DNA of 64,000 nt, taken from contig CP011213.1 of the NCBI GenBank assembly GCA_001029735.1, positions 720,298 through 784,297 on the forward strand, written 5' to 3'. Below, piece by piece: positions 8,612-17,811 of this stretch. The translations under genes and the position numbers were made by a program. This stretch comes from Berkelbacteria bacterium GW2011_GWE1_39_12 (GTDB lineage Bacteria > Patescibacteriota > UBA1384 > UBA12157). A model generated the notes under the pieces. That model was not told the DNA's origin. It was given only the letters and a program-made list of their open reading frames with translations, and ran no database searches. Within the stretch, counting starts at the first letter, position 1. Every line of letters starts with the position of its first letter.

Positions 8612-9489
8612 TTGTTTCCTTTGTGGATATGTTTTAGTCCGGCATTTATCCCAATTTTTTCAGCCAAATCTAAAACTTCGTTTGGTGTAGGATCGGTATC
8701 CATCATTTTATAAGCGGGAAAAAATTTGCTGATATGCCAAGGAATTTCCTTGGATATTTCGGCGATGAAATTTGCGATGCTTGTAAGCTGTTTTTTGTTG
8801 TCATTTACGCCTGGTACAATTAAAGTTGTTACTTCTAAATGTATTTTTCGATTAAATACGTCTTTGATATTGTCTAAAACCGGTTGAAGTTTAGCACTAG
8901 AATATTTTAAATAATTTTCATCGACAAAACCTTTAAGGTCAATATTTATCGCGTCTAAATGTGGTGAGATCAAATCCAGGGTTTCGGTGCTAAAATAGCC
9001 ATTTGAAACCCAAACATTTTTTAATCCAGCTTTCTTTGCTAATTTCATTGTATCTAGAGCGAATTCCAAAAATATAGTTGGCTCTGTGTAAGTATAAGAA
9101 ATCGAAGGACAATTTGAACTAAGTGCATGTTCGATTATTTGCGCCGGCGCAATTTCGATACCAATTTTATTTGCTATCTCATCTCTAGAAGCCTCTTTCG
9201 ACATTTGCGAAATATCGTCATTCTGGCACCAGCTGCAATTAAAATTGCAGCCAATCATAGCAATTGAAAGTGTTTTTGACCCGGGCAAAAAATGAAATAA
9301 TGGTTTCTTTTCAATCGGGTCTATCTGTTCAGCGATAACTCTTCCATAATTTAAAACGACTAACTTACCAAAGTTGTTTTCTCTTAAGCCACATAGCCCG
9401 CGCTTTAAAGGCGCAATATGACAAAAATGATTGCAAGTTTTGCAATTCATATAATCACCCGATTTTTCGTATAAACACGACTCTTTCAT
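8608..9489 (-). CDS. radical SAM enzyme, PFL-activase-like (AmmeMemoRadiSam system radical SAM protein)
   Basis: CNFNCSWCQN (CxxxCxxC) plus an additional N-terminal Cys cluster CKTCNHFC; operon context. Confidence 0.8.
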   Translation of the reverse strand: MKESCLYEKSGDYMNCKTCNHFCHIAPLKRGLCGLRENNFGKLVVLNYGRVIAEQIDPIEKKPLFHFLPGSKTLSIAMIGCNFNCSWCQNDDISQMSKEASRDEIANKIGIEIAPAQIIEHALSSNCPSISYTYTEPTIFLEFALDTMKLAKKAGLKNVWVSNGYFSTETLDLISPHLDAINIDLKGFVDENYLKYSSAKLQPVLDNIKDVFNRKIHLEVTTLIVPGVNDNKKQLTSIANFIAEISKEIPWHISKFFPAYKMMDTDPTPNEVLDLAEKIGINAGLKHIHKGNN

Positions 9490-9524
9490 TTTATATTTTT
9501 TTCCGTATCTTCAGTATAGCAGAC

Positions 9525-10175
9525 ATGGTATTATTCAACCAAATGAAAGAATTTAATGATAGAAAAGACGCGGGAAAACAATTAGCCAAACGGATCGAAA
9601 CGTTGATGGACGGGATGAATCCTAGAAAGACACTTGTATTAGGGTTGACTCGAGGTGGAGTGCCGGTGGCAAAAGAAATTGCCGATTATTTTAATTTACC
9701 ATTGGATGTTTTAATTGTTCGTAAAATTGGCGCGCCATTAAATTCTGAATATGCTATCGCAGCCGTAAGTCAACACGAATTAGTTATAGGCGATCATGAA
9801 TTTGCAAACTATGTAAAAGAACAAGTGGAGCATGAGCGTTTTGAAATAAAAAGGCGATTAGCTTACTACCGAGATGAAAAACCGCCCTTATTGCTAAAAG
9901 GTAAGATAGTAATTTTGGTTGATGATGGTTTGGCGACAGGTCTTTCAATGGGAGTGGCTTTAAGAGAATTGGCGAGGTTGAAGCCAGAAAAAATCATCAT
10001 TGCAATTCCTGTGGCAGCCTCTGACTCGTTAGGACTATTAGTGCGCGAAGGACATCCAGTTATCGCCTTAAGAGTAACTAAAAATTTTTCAAGTGTGGGT
10101 AACTTTTACAAAGTTTTTAATCAGATAACTGATGAAGAGGTTAGAAGTTCACTACCTTTGGCAAAGCATAAATAA
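9525..10175 (+). CDS. predicted phosphoribosyltransferase (COG1926-like)
   Basis: PRPP-binding loop VILVDDGLATGLSM; LGLTRGGVPVA. Confidence 0.7.
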   Translation: MVLFNQMKEFNDRKDAGKQLAKRIETLMDGMNPRKTLVLGLTRGGVPVAKEIADYFNLPLDVLIVRKIGAPLNSEYAIAAVSQHELVIGDHEFANYVKEQVEHERFEIKRRLAYYRDEKPPLLLKGKIVILVDDGLATGLSMGVALRELARLKPEKIIIAIPVAASDSLGLLVREGHPVIALRVTKNFSSVGNFYKVFNQITDEEVRSSLPLAKHK

Positions 10176-10938
10176 TAATATTTTTCATCAATTTGTCTTT
10201 CTGTAATATCGCTGCATTATGAGCAACGAATCCATGATTGTTCCATGGCGTTAGAACATACCAAGCTCTTCCAACAATATTTATTTTAGGCAAAATTCCC
10301 CAATCCCTCGAATCCGAAGAGTTATCTCGATTATCACCTAAGACAAAAAACTCGTTAGGTCCAAGTGTTTGGCGAAAAATATCAGTAGCAGTTAAATTTT
10401 CCGTTTTTAAACCAGCTGGTAAATAATTTTCCGATGCCAACATGCCGTTTACAAAAACCTTTCCTTGGCTTATCACTATAGTTTCACCAGGTAAACCGAC
10501 TATCCTTTTAATATAGTCGTCGCCAGGCACTTTGGGAGCGTGAAAAATTATAACATCGCCACGTTGTGGTTCATGAAAGCGGTAACTGATTTTATCGACA
10601 AGCATGATTTCCTTGTCGTGGAAATTAGGATCCATCGACGAGCCTTCAACTATGTAAGGCTGTAATATGACAGCTCTGAAAAGTAAGCCAATAACGAGAA
10701 CGATATCAAAAGATTTAATTAAACTAAACCAGCTTTCAATAGAAGTATTTTCAGTGGCTTCATCTTTGTTATTACTAATTGCCATCCTTATCCAAAAAAT
10801 AAAGCCAAAAATACCCATGAGAGTAAGTACAAGTCCGATTATAAGCACAAGATAATATCCAGGAGTATCTGACGAGAGCGTTAGTAGAAGCATTACTCCG
10901 TAAATCGCATTAATTATGGCAAGTAGTAAATATTTCAT
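10141..10938 (-). CDS. lepB: signal peptidase I with extended N-terminal membrane region
   Basis: catalytic boxes VEGSSMDPNF and GDNRDNSSDSRDWG. Confidence 0.9.
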   Translation of the reverse strand: MKYLLLAIINAIYGVMLLLTLSSDTPGYYLVLIIGLVLTLMGIFGFIFWIRMAISNNKDEATENTSIESWFSLIKSFDIVLVIGLLFRAVILQPYIVEGSSMDPNFHDKEIMLVDKISYRFHEPQRGDVIIFHAPKVPGDDYIKRIVGLPGETIVISQGKVFVNGMLASENYLPAGLKTENLTATDIFRQTLGPNEFFVLGDNRDNSSDSRDWGILPKINIVGRAWYVLTPWNNHGFVAHNAAILQKDKLMKNIIIYALPKVVNF

Positions 10939-10957
10939 TCAAATCCTTTGTCTTAAG

Positions 10958-11033
10958 TGGTGGGCGCATCTGGATTCGGACCAGAGGCCTCTTGAATGTG
11001 AATCAAGCGCTCTACCGCTGAGCTATGCGCCCC
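10958..11033 (-). tRNA. tRNA-Val (anticodon CAC), CCA encoded
   Basis: reverse complement GGGCGCATAGCTCAGCGGTAGAGCGCTTGATTCACATTCAAGAGGCCTCTGGTCCGAATCCAGATGCGCCCACCA; anticodon loop TTCACAT. Confidence 0.9.
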
Positions 11034-11208
11034 TGAAGCGCCCCACCTGCAACGCTTTGCGTATCAATGCGGGCGGGTCTACCGTTGCCTTGTCGAAAAC
11101 TTGTTGGCGACTTGGTATGCGCTTAATTGTCCAGTATTACTTTAATTTTAGCATTTTTAACCTTCTTAAGCAATTGGTTATTTGACAATCTCGGTAATTA
11201 TCTAAATA

Positions 11209-11973
11209 ATGAGGATAGGAGGCGAAATGTATCCAATCCTTTTTACAATTGGTAAACTTAGCGTGTATACACATGGCCTGATGATGGCAGTTGGCGGTCT
11301 CTTTGGGGGATTAGCTATTTTTTATATGGCGAAAAAACAACATCTGCGAACAGATTTTATCTTGGATATTTGTGTTTACGCTCTTCTTGCCGGTCTATTT
11401 GGTTCAAGAATTTTATATATTATTTTATATTTCAATGAGTTTTCTTCTTTTGAAGAGATGCTATATATTTGGCATGGTGGTTTAGTTTCTTACGGCGGAA
11501 TTGCCGGTGGGCTTCTTGTTTCTCTGCTTATTTTAAAAATAAAAAAAGAGCCTGTTCTAAAATGGTTTGATATTGGGATTATTGGTTTGATGGTTGGATG
11601 GGCTTTTGGACGCGTTGGATGTTTTTTGAACGGGGATAGTTACGGTCTTTGGAGTATTTCAAAATTATCTATTTGGGGACGAATCCCTACACAATTATTT
11701 GAAAGTATTTGGTCGCTAATCGCTTCATTTTTATTGTTTTATTTTGGGCTAAAAATTAAAGAGCAAAAAAAGTTGCCGGATGGAATAATATTCTTTGGAG
11801 GATTAGGTTTATATTCAATCGGCCGTTTTGTAATCGATTTCTGGCGTGACGAGCCAGTCACCGTTTGGTTTTTAAAGACCGGCCAAATAGGAAGTGCACT
11901 AGTTTTAATTTTTGCTGTTTTATCGATATCGTATTTGTTTGGAAAAGAAAGGAAGCCAAATGGAAGTAATTAA
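11209..11973 (+). CDS. lgt: prolipoprotein diacylglyceryl transferase
   Basis: GIAGGLL and FGRVGCFLNGD signature motifs. Confidence 0.85.
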   Translation: MRIGGEMYPILFTIGKLSVYTHGLMMAVGGLFGGLAIFYMAKKQHLRTDFILDICVYALLAGLFGSRILYIILYFNEFSSFEEMLYIWHGGLVSYGGIAGGLLVSLLILKIKKEPVLKWFDIGIIGLMVGWAFGRVGCFLNGDSYGLWSISKLSIWGRIPTQLFESIWSLIASFLLFYFGLKIKEQKKLPDGIIFFGGLGLYSIGRFVIDFWRDEPVTVWFLKTGQIGSALVLIFAVLSISYLFGKERKPNGSN

Positions 11974-12316
11974 AAATTTGACAGATGCTTTATTCTTGCG
12001 CAAACAAAAACATGCTTTGGAAAAGGAGTTGGTGAGGTTAGAGGAGCAATATTGCTTGACGAAAGAGCATCCTGAATACGGTAGTTCCGATGATGAAAAT
12101 GCACAAGAAGTTGAAGTGATCCAAGAAAATTTAGGCTTGCAGAGAAACTTGAAGAATATAATTAAGGATACTAAAGCCGCGATCAAAAAAATCGAAAAAG
12201 AAAAATATGGAATATGTGATATTTGCAGGGGACCAATCGAGCCTGGTAGACTAAAAGCATTTCCTGTAGCCTCAATGTGTGTAACTTGCGCAAACAAAAA
12301 ATTTCGGAAAAGATAG
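11959..12316 (+). CDS. DksA/TraR-family C4 zinc-finger protein
   Basis: C-terminal CDICRGPIEPGRL..ASMCVTC. Start placed at ATG 11959, which has an AAAGGAAG RBS and overlaps the lgt end; the listed upstream start at 11912 lacks an RBS. Confidence 0.7.
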
Positions 12317-12317
12317 A

Positions 12318-12764
12318 ATGAAAATTTCGCAAGCGATGATTAAAAAAGTAAAGAACTTAAAATTTAAAAGAATATTGCCCTATTTATTGATAATCGCCCT
12401 GATACTCATTGATCAAATTGTTAAGTGGTGGGTCTTAAATCATCAATTGTTTGTCAGATTTAATGAAGGATTTATTTTTGGTTGGGGCAAAAACTGGGAT
12501 TTATTTTTTTGGATTAGCTGTATAATTATTATCGTTTTGTTTTTAGCGACAATAAAAAGGCCTGGGTTGCAAGTTTACAACTTAGTTGTTATTTTAGCAG
12601 CAGCTGTCAGTAATTTAATCGATAGGATTTTTCGTGGCGGTGTGGTTGATTATTGGCAAATAAATTATTTCGGTGTGAACATTTTTTTTAATTTAGCGGA
12701 TGTATTATTAATCCTAGGGGTAGCTATTTATGCCTGGCAAGTTGGAAAAGAAGCTGATAATTAA
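12318..12764 (+). CDS. lspA: lipoprotein signal peptidase II
   Basis: NLIDRIFRGGVVDY and FNLADV motifs, 4 TM. Confidence 0.85.
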   Translation: MKISQAMIKKVKNLKFKRILPYLLIIALILIDQIVKWWVLNHQLFVRFNEGFIFGWGKNWDLFFWISCIIIIVLFLATIKRPGLQVYNLVVILAAAVSNLIDRIFRGGVVDYWQINYFGVNIFFNLADVLLILGVAIYAWQVGKEADN

Positions 12765-13422
12765 ATTTTTGGGCACCAGCTCTGAGGAATCAATTCCTCG
12801 CGAAGGCTGTGAATGTGTTCAATGTTTATCGAAAGATAAAAATGACAATCGTTTAAGATCGTCAGTTTTAATTAATAAAAAAATAATGATTGATGCAACA
12901 CCGGATGTATTAAAACAGCTTAGTAAAAGACAGATCGATGCTCTCGAAGCTGTTTTGATTACTCACGAACATGCGGATCATAACGGGGGGATTAAAGATC
13001 TTTTGCGGGCACGTCGTGATATAAGGATTATTAAGCTAGCGGCTGGCCAGCATTTTAAATTACTTGGCATTGATTTTCATGCTTTTAAGGTTAAACACTC
13101 TAACTTGGTGCCAACAGTTGGGGTGGAAATCAATTCTGTTATTTATATACCGGATTATGCTGATCTTGACTGGGCGATGCCATACTTAAAGAATACTAAG
13201 TTTGCTATCTTAGACGGATCGGTTTTAGGACGAAATTTTGGCGGTCATCTTTCGATCAATGAAACGGTAGCTCTTACTAAGCCTTTGAAAAATCTACGAA
13301 AAATATATTTAACACATAATGGTCACACTCGGCGGACTCATAAAGAGATGCAAAAACTAGTGCACGAAATTGGCGACTCAAGTTTTGTCATTGCTTATGA
13401 TGGACTAGAAATTGAAGTTTAA
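12730..13422 (+). CDS. MBL-fold metallo-hydrolase
   Basis: HEHADHNGG metal-binding motif. Confidence 0.7.
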   Translation: MPGKLEKKLIIKFLGTSSEESIPREGCECVQCLSKDKNDNRLRSSVLINKKIMIDATPDVLKQLSKRQIDALEAVLITHEHADHNGGIKDLLRARRDIRIIKLAAGQHFKLLGIDFHAFKVKHSNLVPTVGVEINSVIYIPDYADLDWAMPYLKNTKFAILDGSVLGRNFGGHLSINETVALTKPLKNLRKIYLTHNGHTRRTHKEMQKLVHEIGDSSFVIAYDGLEIEV

Positions 13423-13433
13423 AAAGGAGAAAA

Positions 13434-13973
13434 ATGATATATTTTATTACTGGGAACGAAAACAAATTTCGAGAAGCAAAAGCAATTTTGCCGGTGATTG
13501 AAAGACTTGATTTGGATTTGATTGAAATTCAAGAAATTGACCCGCTAAAAATTATTAAAGCGAAAATGGAAGAAGCTTTTAAACATCATTCGGGAGAATT
13601 TATTATCGAAGATGGATATCTTGATGTAAAATCACTTGGCGGATTGCCTGGACCATTTGCCAAATGGTTTATCAAACTTTTGGGCAAGGACGGGATTTGG
13701 GAAATCGTAAAAAATTCTAGTGATAAATCGGCAGAAGTCAGCGTAATTATCGGCTATGCAAAAAATAAAGATGAAATTTCTTTCCTCGAAGGTTCTATTA
13801 AAGGAAAAATGGTTGCACCTCGCGGTGAGAATGGTTTTGGCTGGGACTCGATTTTTCAGCCATATGGTTATGATAAAACTTTTGCCGAAATGACGACCGA
13901 AGAAAAAAACTCGATTAGTATGCGAAAAATCGCATTCGAAAAGTTAAAAGATTATTTGCAAAAAAATAAATAA
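13434..13973 (+). CDS. rdgB: non-canonical purine NTP pyrophosphatase (Ham1/RdgB family)
   Basis: [13 protein letters not shown]-terminal motif; FGWDSIF. Confidence 0.85.
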   Translation: MIYFITGNENKFREAKAILPVIERLDLDLIEIQEIDPLKIIKAKMEEAFKHHSGEFIIEDGYLDVKSLGGLPGPFAKWFIKLLGKDGIWEIVKNSSDKSAEVSVIIGYAKNKDEISFLEGSIKGKMVAPRGENGFGWDSIFQPYGYDKTFAEMTTEEKNSISMRKIAFEKLKDYLQKNK

Positions 13974-14040
13974 CGTACTCATGGGTTGAAAAAAAAGATG
14001 GTTTCATGTTAGTCTTTGTGTAGAAAACAGGGGGTGTGAT

Positions 14041-14580
14041 ATGGCAGTTTGGTCAAGGACGTGCACTATTTGTATGGTTTTGGCTACTAATTATCCAAAC
14101 GGTCTAACCATGGAGGAGCTTTTTCAGCAGTGTCAAAAAGATAATCCTGAACGTTTTCGTTTTATTGGAATCTTAGAAGGCGCACTCGGAATTATAAATG
14201 GCGAAAGAGATACTGATTCACGGGGTGTCGTTTGCTGGAAGACGGTTGACGGGAAAATCTATTATGACATGGAGCGAAAAGCCTATGCGCCAACAAGTGA
14301 CTCCTTTGGCTTTTCTCTTTACTTTAACGGATGGTTGAAGGCAATACACCTTGATAATCTTATTGCTTTTGAGCCCTTAACACCTGATAATTCAGAAAAA
14401 TGCCCTCATGGGCTTGATTGGAAAGACGTATCGTCACCTGGACATTGTACTTGGGACTACGGCAAGAAGATTTGCTATCCTTCGTCTTGTTGTGCTAATA
14501 GAGATCAACTCAAAATCGCAGAAATGCAGTCAGAAGGTAGAAGATTTGAAGATTACATGAAAGAGCTTGATGGTGACTAA
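14041..14580 (+). CDS. hypothetical Cys-rich protein (12 Cys), compositionally GC-rich
   Basis: strong RBS acaGGGGGTGtgat ATG; terminator-like hairpin after the stop; no recognisable family. Confidence 0.5.
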   Translation: MAVWSRTCTICMVLATNYPNGLTMEELFQQCQKDNPERFRFIGILEGALGIINGERDTDSRGVVCWKTVDGKIYYDMERKAYAPTSDSFGFSLYFNGWLKAIHLDNLIAFEPLTPDNSEKCPHGLDWKDVSSPGHCTWDYGKKICYPSSCCANRDQLKIAEMQSEGRRFEDYMKELDGD

Positions 14581-14666
14581 TCTACATAAGGCTTCCTACT
14601 AGGTAGCCTTTTTTAAAACCAAAAAAACGTTTTAATATTGTATATGAGATCGAAATCTAGATCTAA

Positions 14667-14906
14667 TTAAGCGATTTTTTGCTGTAAGAGAGCGACATCG
14701 GCTTCAATTTTTTCGACTCTTTTAATACTGGCCTTATTTTGAAGCGATAATTTAACTAAAGACATATCTTCTTTTAATTGATGGACATCTTCTTTTAGTA
14801 CTGATATATCAGCTTTCATTGGCGCAATATCAGAAAGTGCTTCTGAAATTGTATCGAATTTTTGATTTATAGCTTCCAATAAAACTTGGACTTTTAAATC
14901 TTCCAT
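14667..14906 (-). CDS. small coiled-coil protein, unknown function
   Basis: 79 aa, heptad-like charged/Leu pattern. Confidence 0.4.
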   Translation of the reverse strand: MEDLKVQVLLEAINQKFDTISEALSDIAPMKADISVLKEDVHQLKEDMSLVKLSLQNKASIKRVEKIEADVALLQQKIA

Positions 14907-15011
14907 TTTAAGCTCCTTGAATTTAAATATATCATAATGAAAATTTGTCTACAAATTTGTGCTTTTCAAAAAAATCGGCGAGTGCCGATTTTTTTTGTAA
15001 TATCTATATTT

Positions 15012-15362
15012 TTAAGCTGTCTTAACTTTTTCAACGATTTTGGCAAATTCTTCCGGATTGTTTTCGGCAATATCGGCTAAAACTTTTCGGTCGAGTTCAA
15101 TATTTTTATCTTTCAAACCCTTCATGAAAATGCTGTACTTGATGTCATTTAGTCCGCAAGCAGCATTAATCTGAATGATCCAAAGTTGTCTGAAACTTCT
15201 TTTTCTGTTTCGGCGGTCGCGGTAAGCAAACTTACCAGCATTAACAATCGCCTGTTTGGCCATACGAATTAAGTTTTTACGGCCATGACGAAAACCCTTA
15301 GTTTTTGCTAAGGTATTTTTTGTCGATTTTTTTATCATTACTCCACGTTTTACTCTTGCCAT
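15012..15362 (-). CDS. rplT: 50S ribosomal protein L20
   Basis: MARVKRGV.. typical L20; infC-rpmI-rplT order. Confidence 0.95.
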   Translation of the reverse strand: MARVKRGVMIKKSTKNTLAKTKGFRHGRKNLIRMAKQAIVNAGKFAYRDRRNRKRSFRQLWIIQINAACGLNDIKYSIFMKGLKDKNIELDRKVLADIAENNPEEFAKIVEKVKTA

Positions 15363-15461
15363 TCATCACTCCAATTTAGAAATAAACTAATTTAACTATT
15401 ATTTATATTCATATGGCTGCCGTCAGGCATGCCCACTAATTACTAGAATACAAGCTTATGC

Positions 15462-15659
15462 TTATCCATTTGGTAACATTTTCGCTATTTTGCGATAATC
15501 AGCATGCGTTAAGGCCATTTTTTTGGTTGAATTACGCAATGTTCTTTTGGATTTTCCGGTAGTTAAATGCTGCCCTGATAATTTTCGGCGCATTAATTTA
15601 CCGGTCTTGGTGACATTGGTAATTCTCTTGCTGGCTGTTTTTACTGTTTTAGCTTTCAT
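15462..15659 (-). CDS. rpmI: 50S ribosomal protein L35
   Basis: MKAKTVKTASKRI.. basic 65-aa protein. Confidence 0.9.
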   Translation of the reverse strand: MKAKTVKTASKRITNVTKTGKLMRRKLSGQHLTTGKSKRTLRNSTKKMALTHADYRKIAKMLPNG

Positions 15660-15710
15660 ATTTTTCTCCTAGAAAAATTCCGCGACAAGCATGCTTGTCT
15701 ATTTTTTTCC

Positions 15711-16211
15711 TTATTTTCCTTTACTCATAGTGGCAAAGAATCGATTACCCATTTTTTCGACAGGTTTATCAAAAACGCCACCCGTTTCTGTTTTAATTTT
15801 TTCCATTAGGTCAGCCATGCGGTCACGGAACATCATCTCACGTCCACGAAGTTGAATGGTAACCTTAACCTTATCGCCTTTATCTAAAAACTGTTTAATC
15901 TTATTAATTTTGACTTCTAAATCGTGAGTATCTATCTTAATGCCAAAGCGGACTTCTTTTAATTCAGACCCATGTGCCTTAGCTTTTTGCTTGTTCTGCA
16001 TTTTGGTCTGGTTGTAAATATATTTGCCATAGTCCATCATCTTTACGACTGGGGGACTAACTTTATCGTTAATTAAAGCCAAATCCAAGCCTTTTTCGTA
16101 AGCTAAATAACGAGCTTGGTCAAGACTAACTTGGCCGTGACTACCGCCATCTTCGTCGATTAAGACGATCGGATCGGTTTTAATTTCTTCATTAATTTTA
16201 AGATCTTTAAT
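15711..16211 (-). CDS. infC: translation initiation factor IF-3, AUU start codon
   Basis: The ORF track starts at an internal Met. The open frame extends upstream, encoding IKDLKINEEIKTDPIVLIDEDG...GLDLALINDKV (IF-3 N-domain). AGGAGA RBS lies 5 nt before the ATT at 16209-16211. Confidence 0.85.
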   Translation of the reverse strand: MKDLKINEEIKTDPIVLIDEDGGSHGQVSLDQARYLAYEKGLDLALINDKVSPPVVKMMDYGKYIYNQTKMQNKQKAKAHGSELKEVRFGIKIDTHDLEVKINKIKQFLDKGDKVKVTIQLRGREMMFRDRMADLMEKIKTETGGVFDKPVEKMGNRFFATMSKGK

Positions 16212-16321
16212 ACTATTCTCCTAAAAAACTATTTTTCAAATTAAATACAAAACAATCAACAATTAGCCTTTGGGGCAATTTAATTGTTTGATTTTTGTTG
16301 CTTTCATTTGCTGATGTAAAC

Positions 16322-17080
16322 TTATCTATTTCCATCCGGAATTAGTATATCACGCGCAACGATGATTTTCAATACCTTTGGCCTGTTTTGAATAATAATA
16401 GGGGTCTTGGCGATAATTTCTCCGTCAGCCAAAATCGGAACTACTTGTCCAGGAGTTTCAATTTGAAAACGTTTTGCGTGGAAAAAACTGCTCGAGTTCT
16501 CTGAGACCTCTTTTTTTCCAAATAAAAATGAAAAAACGGACTTTTTGTTTTCGTTTGATAGACTATCTTCAACTCTTATTTCGATACCTGGTTTAATGAC
16601 TATTCTGTTAAAAATCATGCTTGACTGTATATCGGCGGTTAGAAGGTAGCCTTCGGTTGGTTTTGCGCTTTCAATTACCGCTTCAGTTAAAAAATACTTA
16701 TTTGGCTCGATAAAACAGGCGTCCGTTGTTTCTAATTTCCTATATTTTAGGGTCTCACAAGCATCTTTTAAATCTTTGACATGAATTTTCTTTGCGATAG
16801 GGGAAGTATAATCATCGGGAATTATACCCAAAACTACATCATTATTTTCTTTTTTATTAATGATGGCTGTAGCAATCTTATTTACTAATTTTTCTGAGCC
16901 AACGGCAACAATGGTTGAATAGCCTTTAACGATTCCCAGAGAAGCTAATTCTTCAATTGATCGAGCAGGTGACGGTGAAACTGTTTCACCTGCAATTCCC
17001 AAATCACCAAGAAGATTTTTAACCTTCTCTTGGAAACTTTCGCTTTTTTTGCTAGCCGACTCCAAAATGTAATAATACAT
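16322..17080 (-). CDS. DAGK-catalytic/NAD-kinase-fold-like protein with GGDGT replaced by GSEKL (possibly inactive)
   Basis: block STIVAVGSEKLVNKIATAIIN aligns with the (V/I)AVGGDGT(V/L)NEV block of YegS/BmrU-type kinases. Confidence 0.3.
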   Translation of the reverse strand: MYYYILESASKKSESFQEKVKNLLGDLGIAGETVSPSPARSIEELASLGIVKGYSTIVAVGSEKLVNKIATAIINKKENNDVVLGIIPDDYTSPIAKKIHVKDLKDACETLKYRKLETTDACFIEPNKYFLTEAVIESAKPTEGYLLTADIQSSMIFNRIVIKPGIEIRVEDSLSNENKKSVFSFLFGKKEVSENSSSFFHAKRFQIETPGQVVPILADGEIIAKTPIIIQNRPKVLKIIVARDILIPDGNR

Positions 17081-17099
17081 TTGTCCTTTCTGGGCTAGC

Positions 17100-17525
17100 T
17101 TATTCTACTTCGTAATCAGGTTCATTTCCGGCAACTTCTTTTTCATCTTTGGATGGTTCTGAAGCAGCGACAATACCTTTTTCTCCCTCTGGCATGTTTG
17201 ATTTACCGACGAAAACGGCACCTGAGCGAATATTCAAATCTTTGGTCGTAATTGAGCCAAAAATTTTACCGGTTGGCAAAATTTCTAACTTTCCCGAGGC
17301 CACGACACTGCCATGGACTTCACCGGCGATTTGAACCATGTCGGCCGTTACTGGTCCTTTAACAAAGGCAGTTTCTGAAACCACGACAGATTTTTCTGAA
17401 ACGACTTCTCCTTCAATCCTGCCATGAATGACAATTTCATTGGCATCAGCCAATGTTCCGACCAATTTAACGTTCGCGCCGACAATGGTGCCTGGACCTG
17501 ATAATGGTTTTTTGTCTCCCATCAT
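17100..17525 (-). CDS. bactofilin (DUF583) cytoskeletal protein
   Basis: beta-helical repeat GTIVGANVKLVGTLADANEIVIHGRIEGEVVSEKSVVV.., acidic C-terminal tail. Confidence 0.8.
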   Translation of the reverse strand: MMGDKKPLSGPGTIVGANVKLVGTLADANEIVIHGRIEGEVVSEKSVVVSETAFVKGPVTADMVQIAGEVHGSVVASGKLEILPTGKIFGSITTKDLNIRSGAVFVGKSNMPEGEKGIVAASEPSKDEKEVAGNEPDYEVE

Positions 17526-17659
17526 TAAATACCTCCAAAATTAAATTTTACTACTCTAATCCTAATAAGTTGTGCCCTTCTTGTCAAATGGTTGACTTTT
17601 TAAGGATTTTCTGTTAGTGTTGATAACTAATTTAAAATATATATGAGCCGCGGCGAGAC

Positions 17660-17688
17660 TTGAAAAGGATTGACAAAGGTGATATAAT
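17660..17688 (+). promoter_or_regulatory. sigma70-like promoter for uvrA: TTGAAA-17 nt-TATAAT with extended -10 TG
   Basis: ttgaaa(17660-17665) ... TGaTATAAT(17680-17688). Confidence 0.55.
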
Positions 17689-17724
17689 CAATCAAGTAAA
17701 AACGCCAGATAGCTGATTGATGCG

Positions 17725-17747
17725 GAAATTTGGGCAAAGCCCAAATT
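17725..17747 (+). promoter_or_regulatory. perfect 9-bp-arm palindrome AATTTGGGC aaa GCCCAAATT in the uvrA 5' leader (candidate operator or RNA hairpin)
   Basis: seen directly; lies between the promoter and the start codon at 17812. Confidence 0.4.
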
Positions 17748-17811
17748 ATACTATTTCAAGTTAATGCATATTTTTTACTCAACAAATATAATTATTAAAG
17801 GGTCATGCTAA

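Noticed and set aside
11034-11120. GC-rich stretch next to tRNA-Val(CAC) as an additional tRNA or small RNA
   Set aside because: Cannot be folded into a cloverleaf, and no conserved ncRNA motif was recognised. It is most likely the tRNA promoter/leader.
10916-11185. 89-aa plus-strand ORF
   Set aside because: Overlaps tRNA-Val(CAC) and its GC-rich upstream region; no RBS; artefact.
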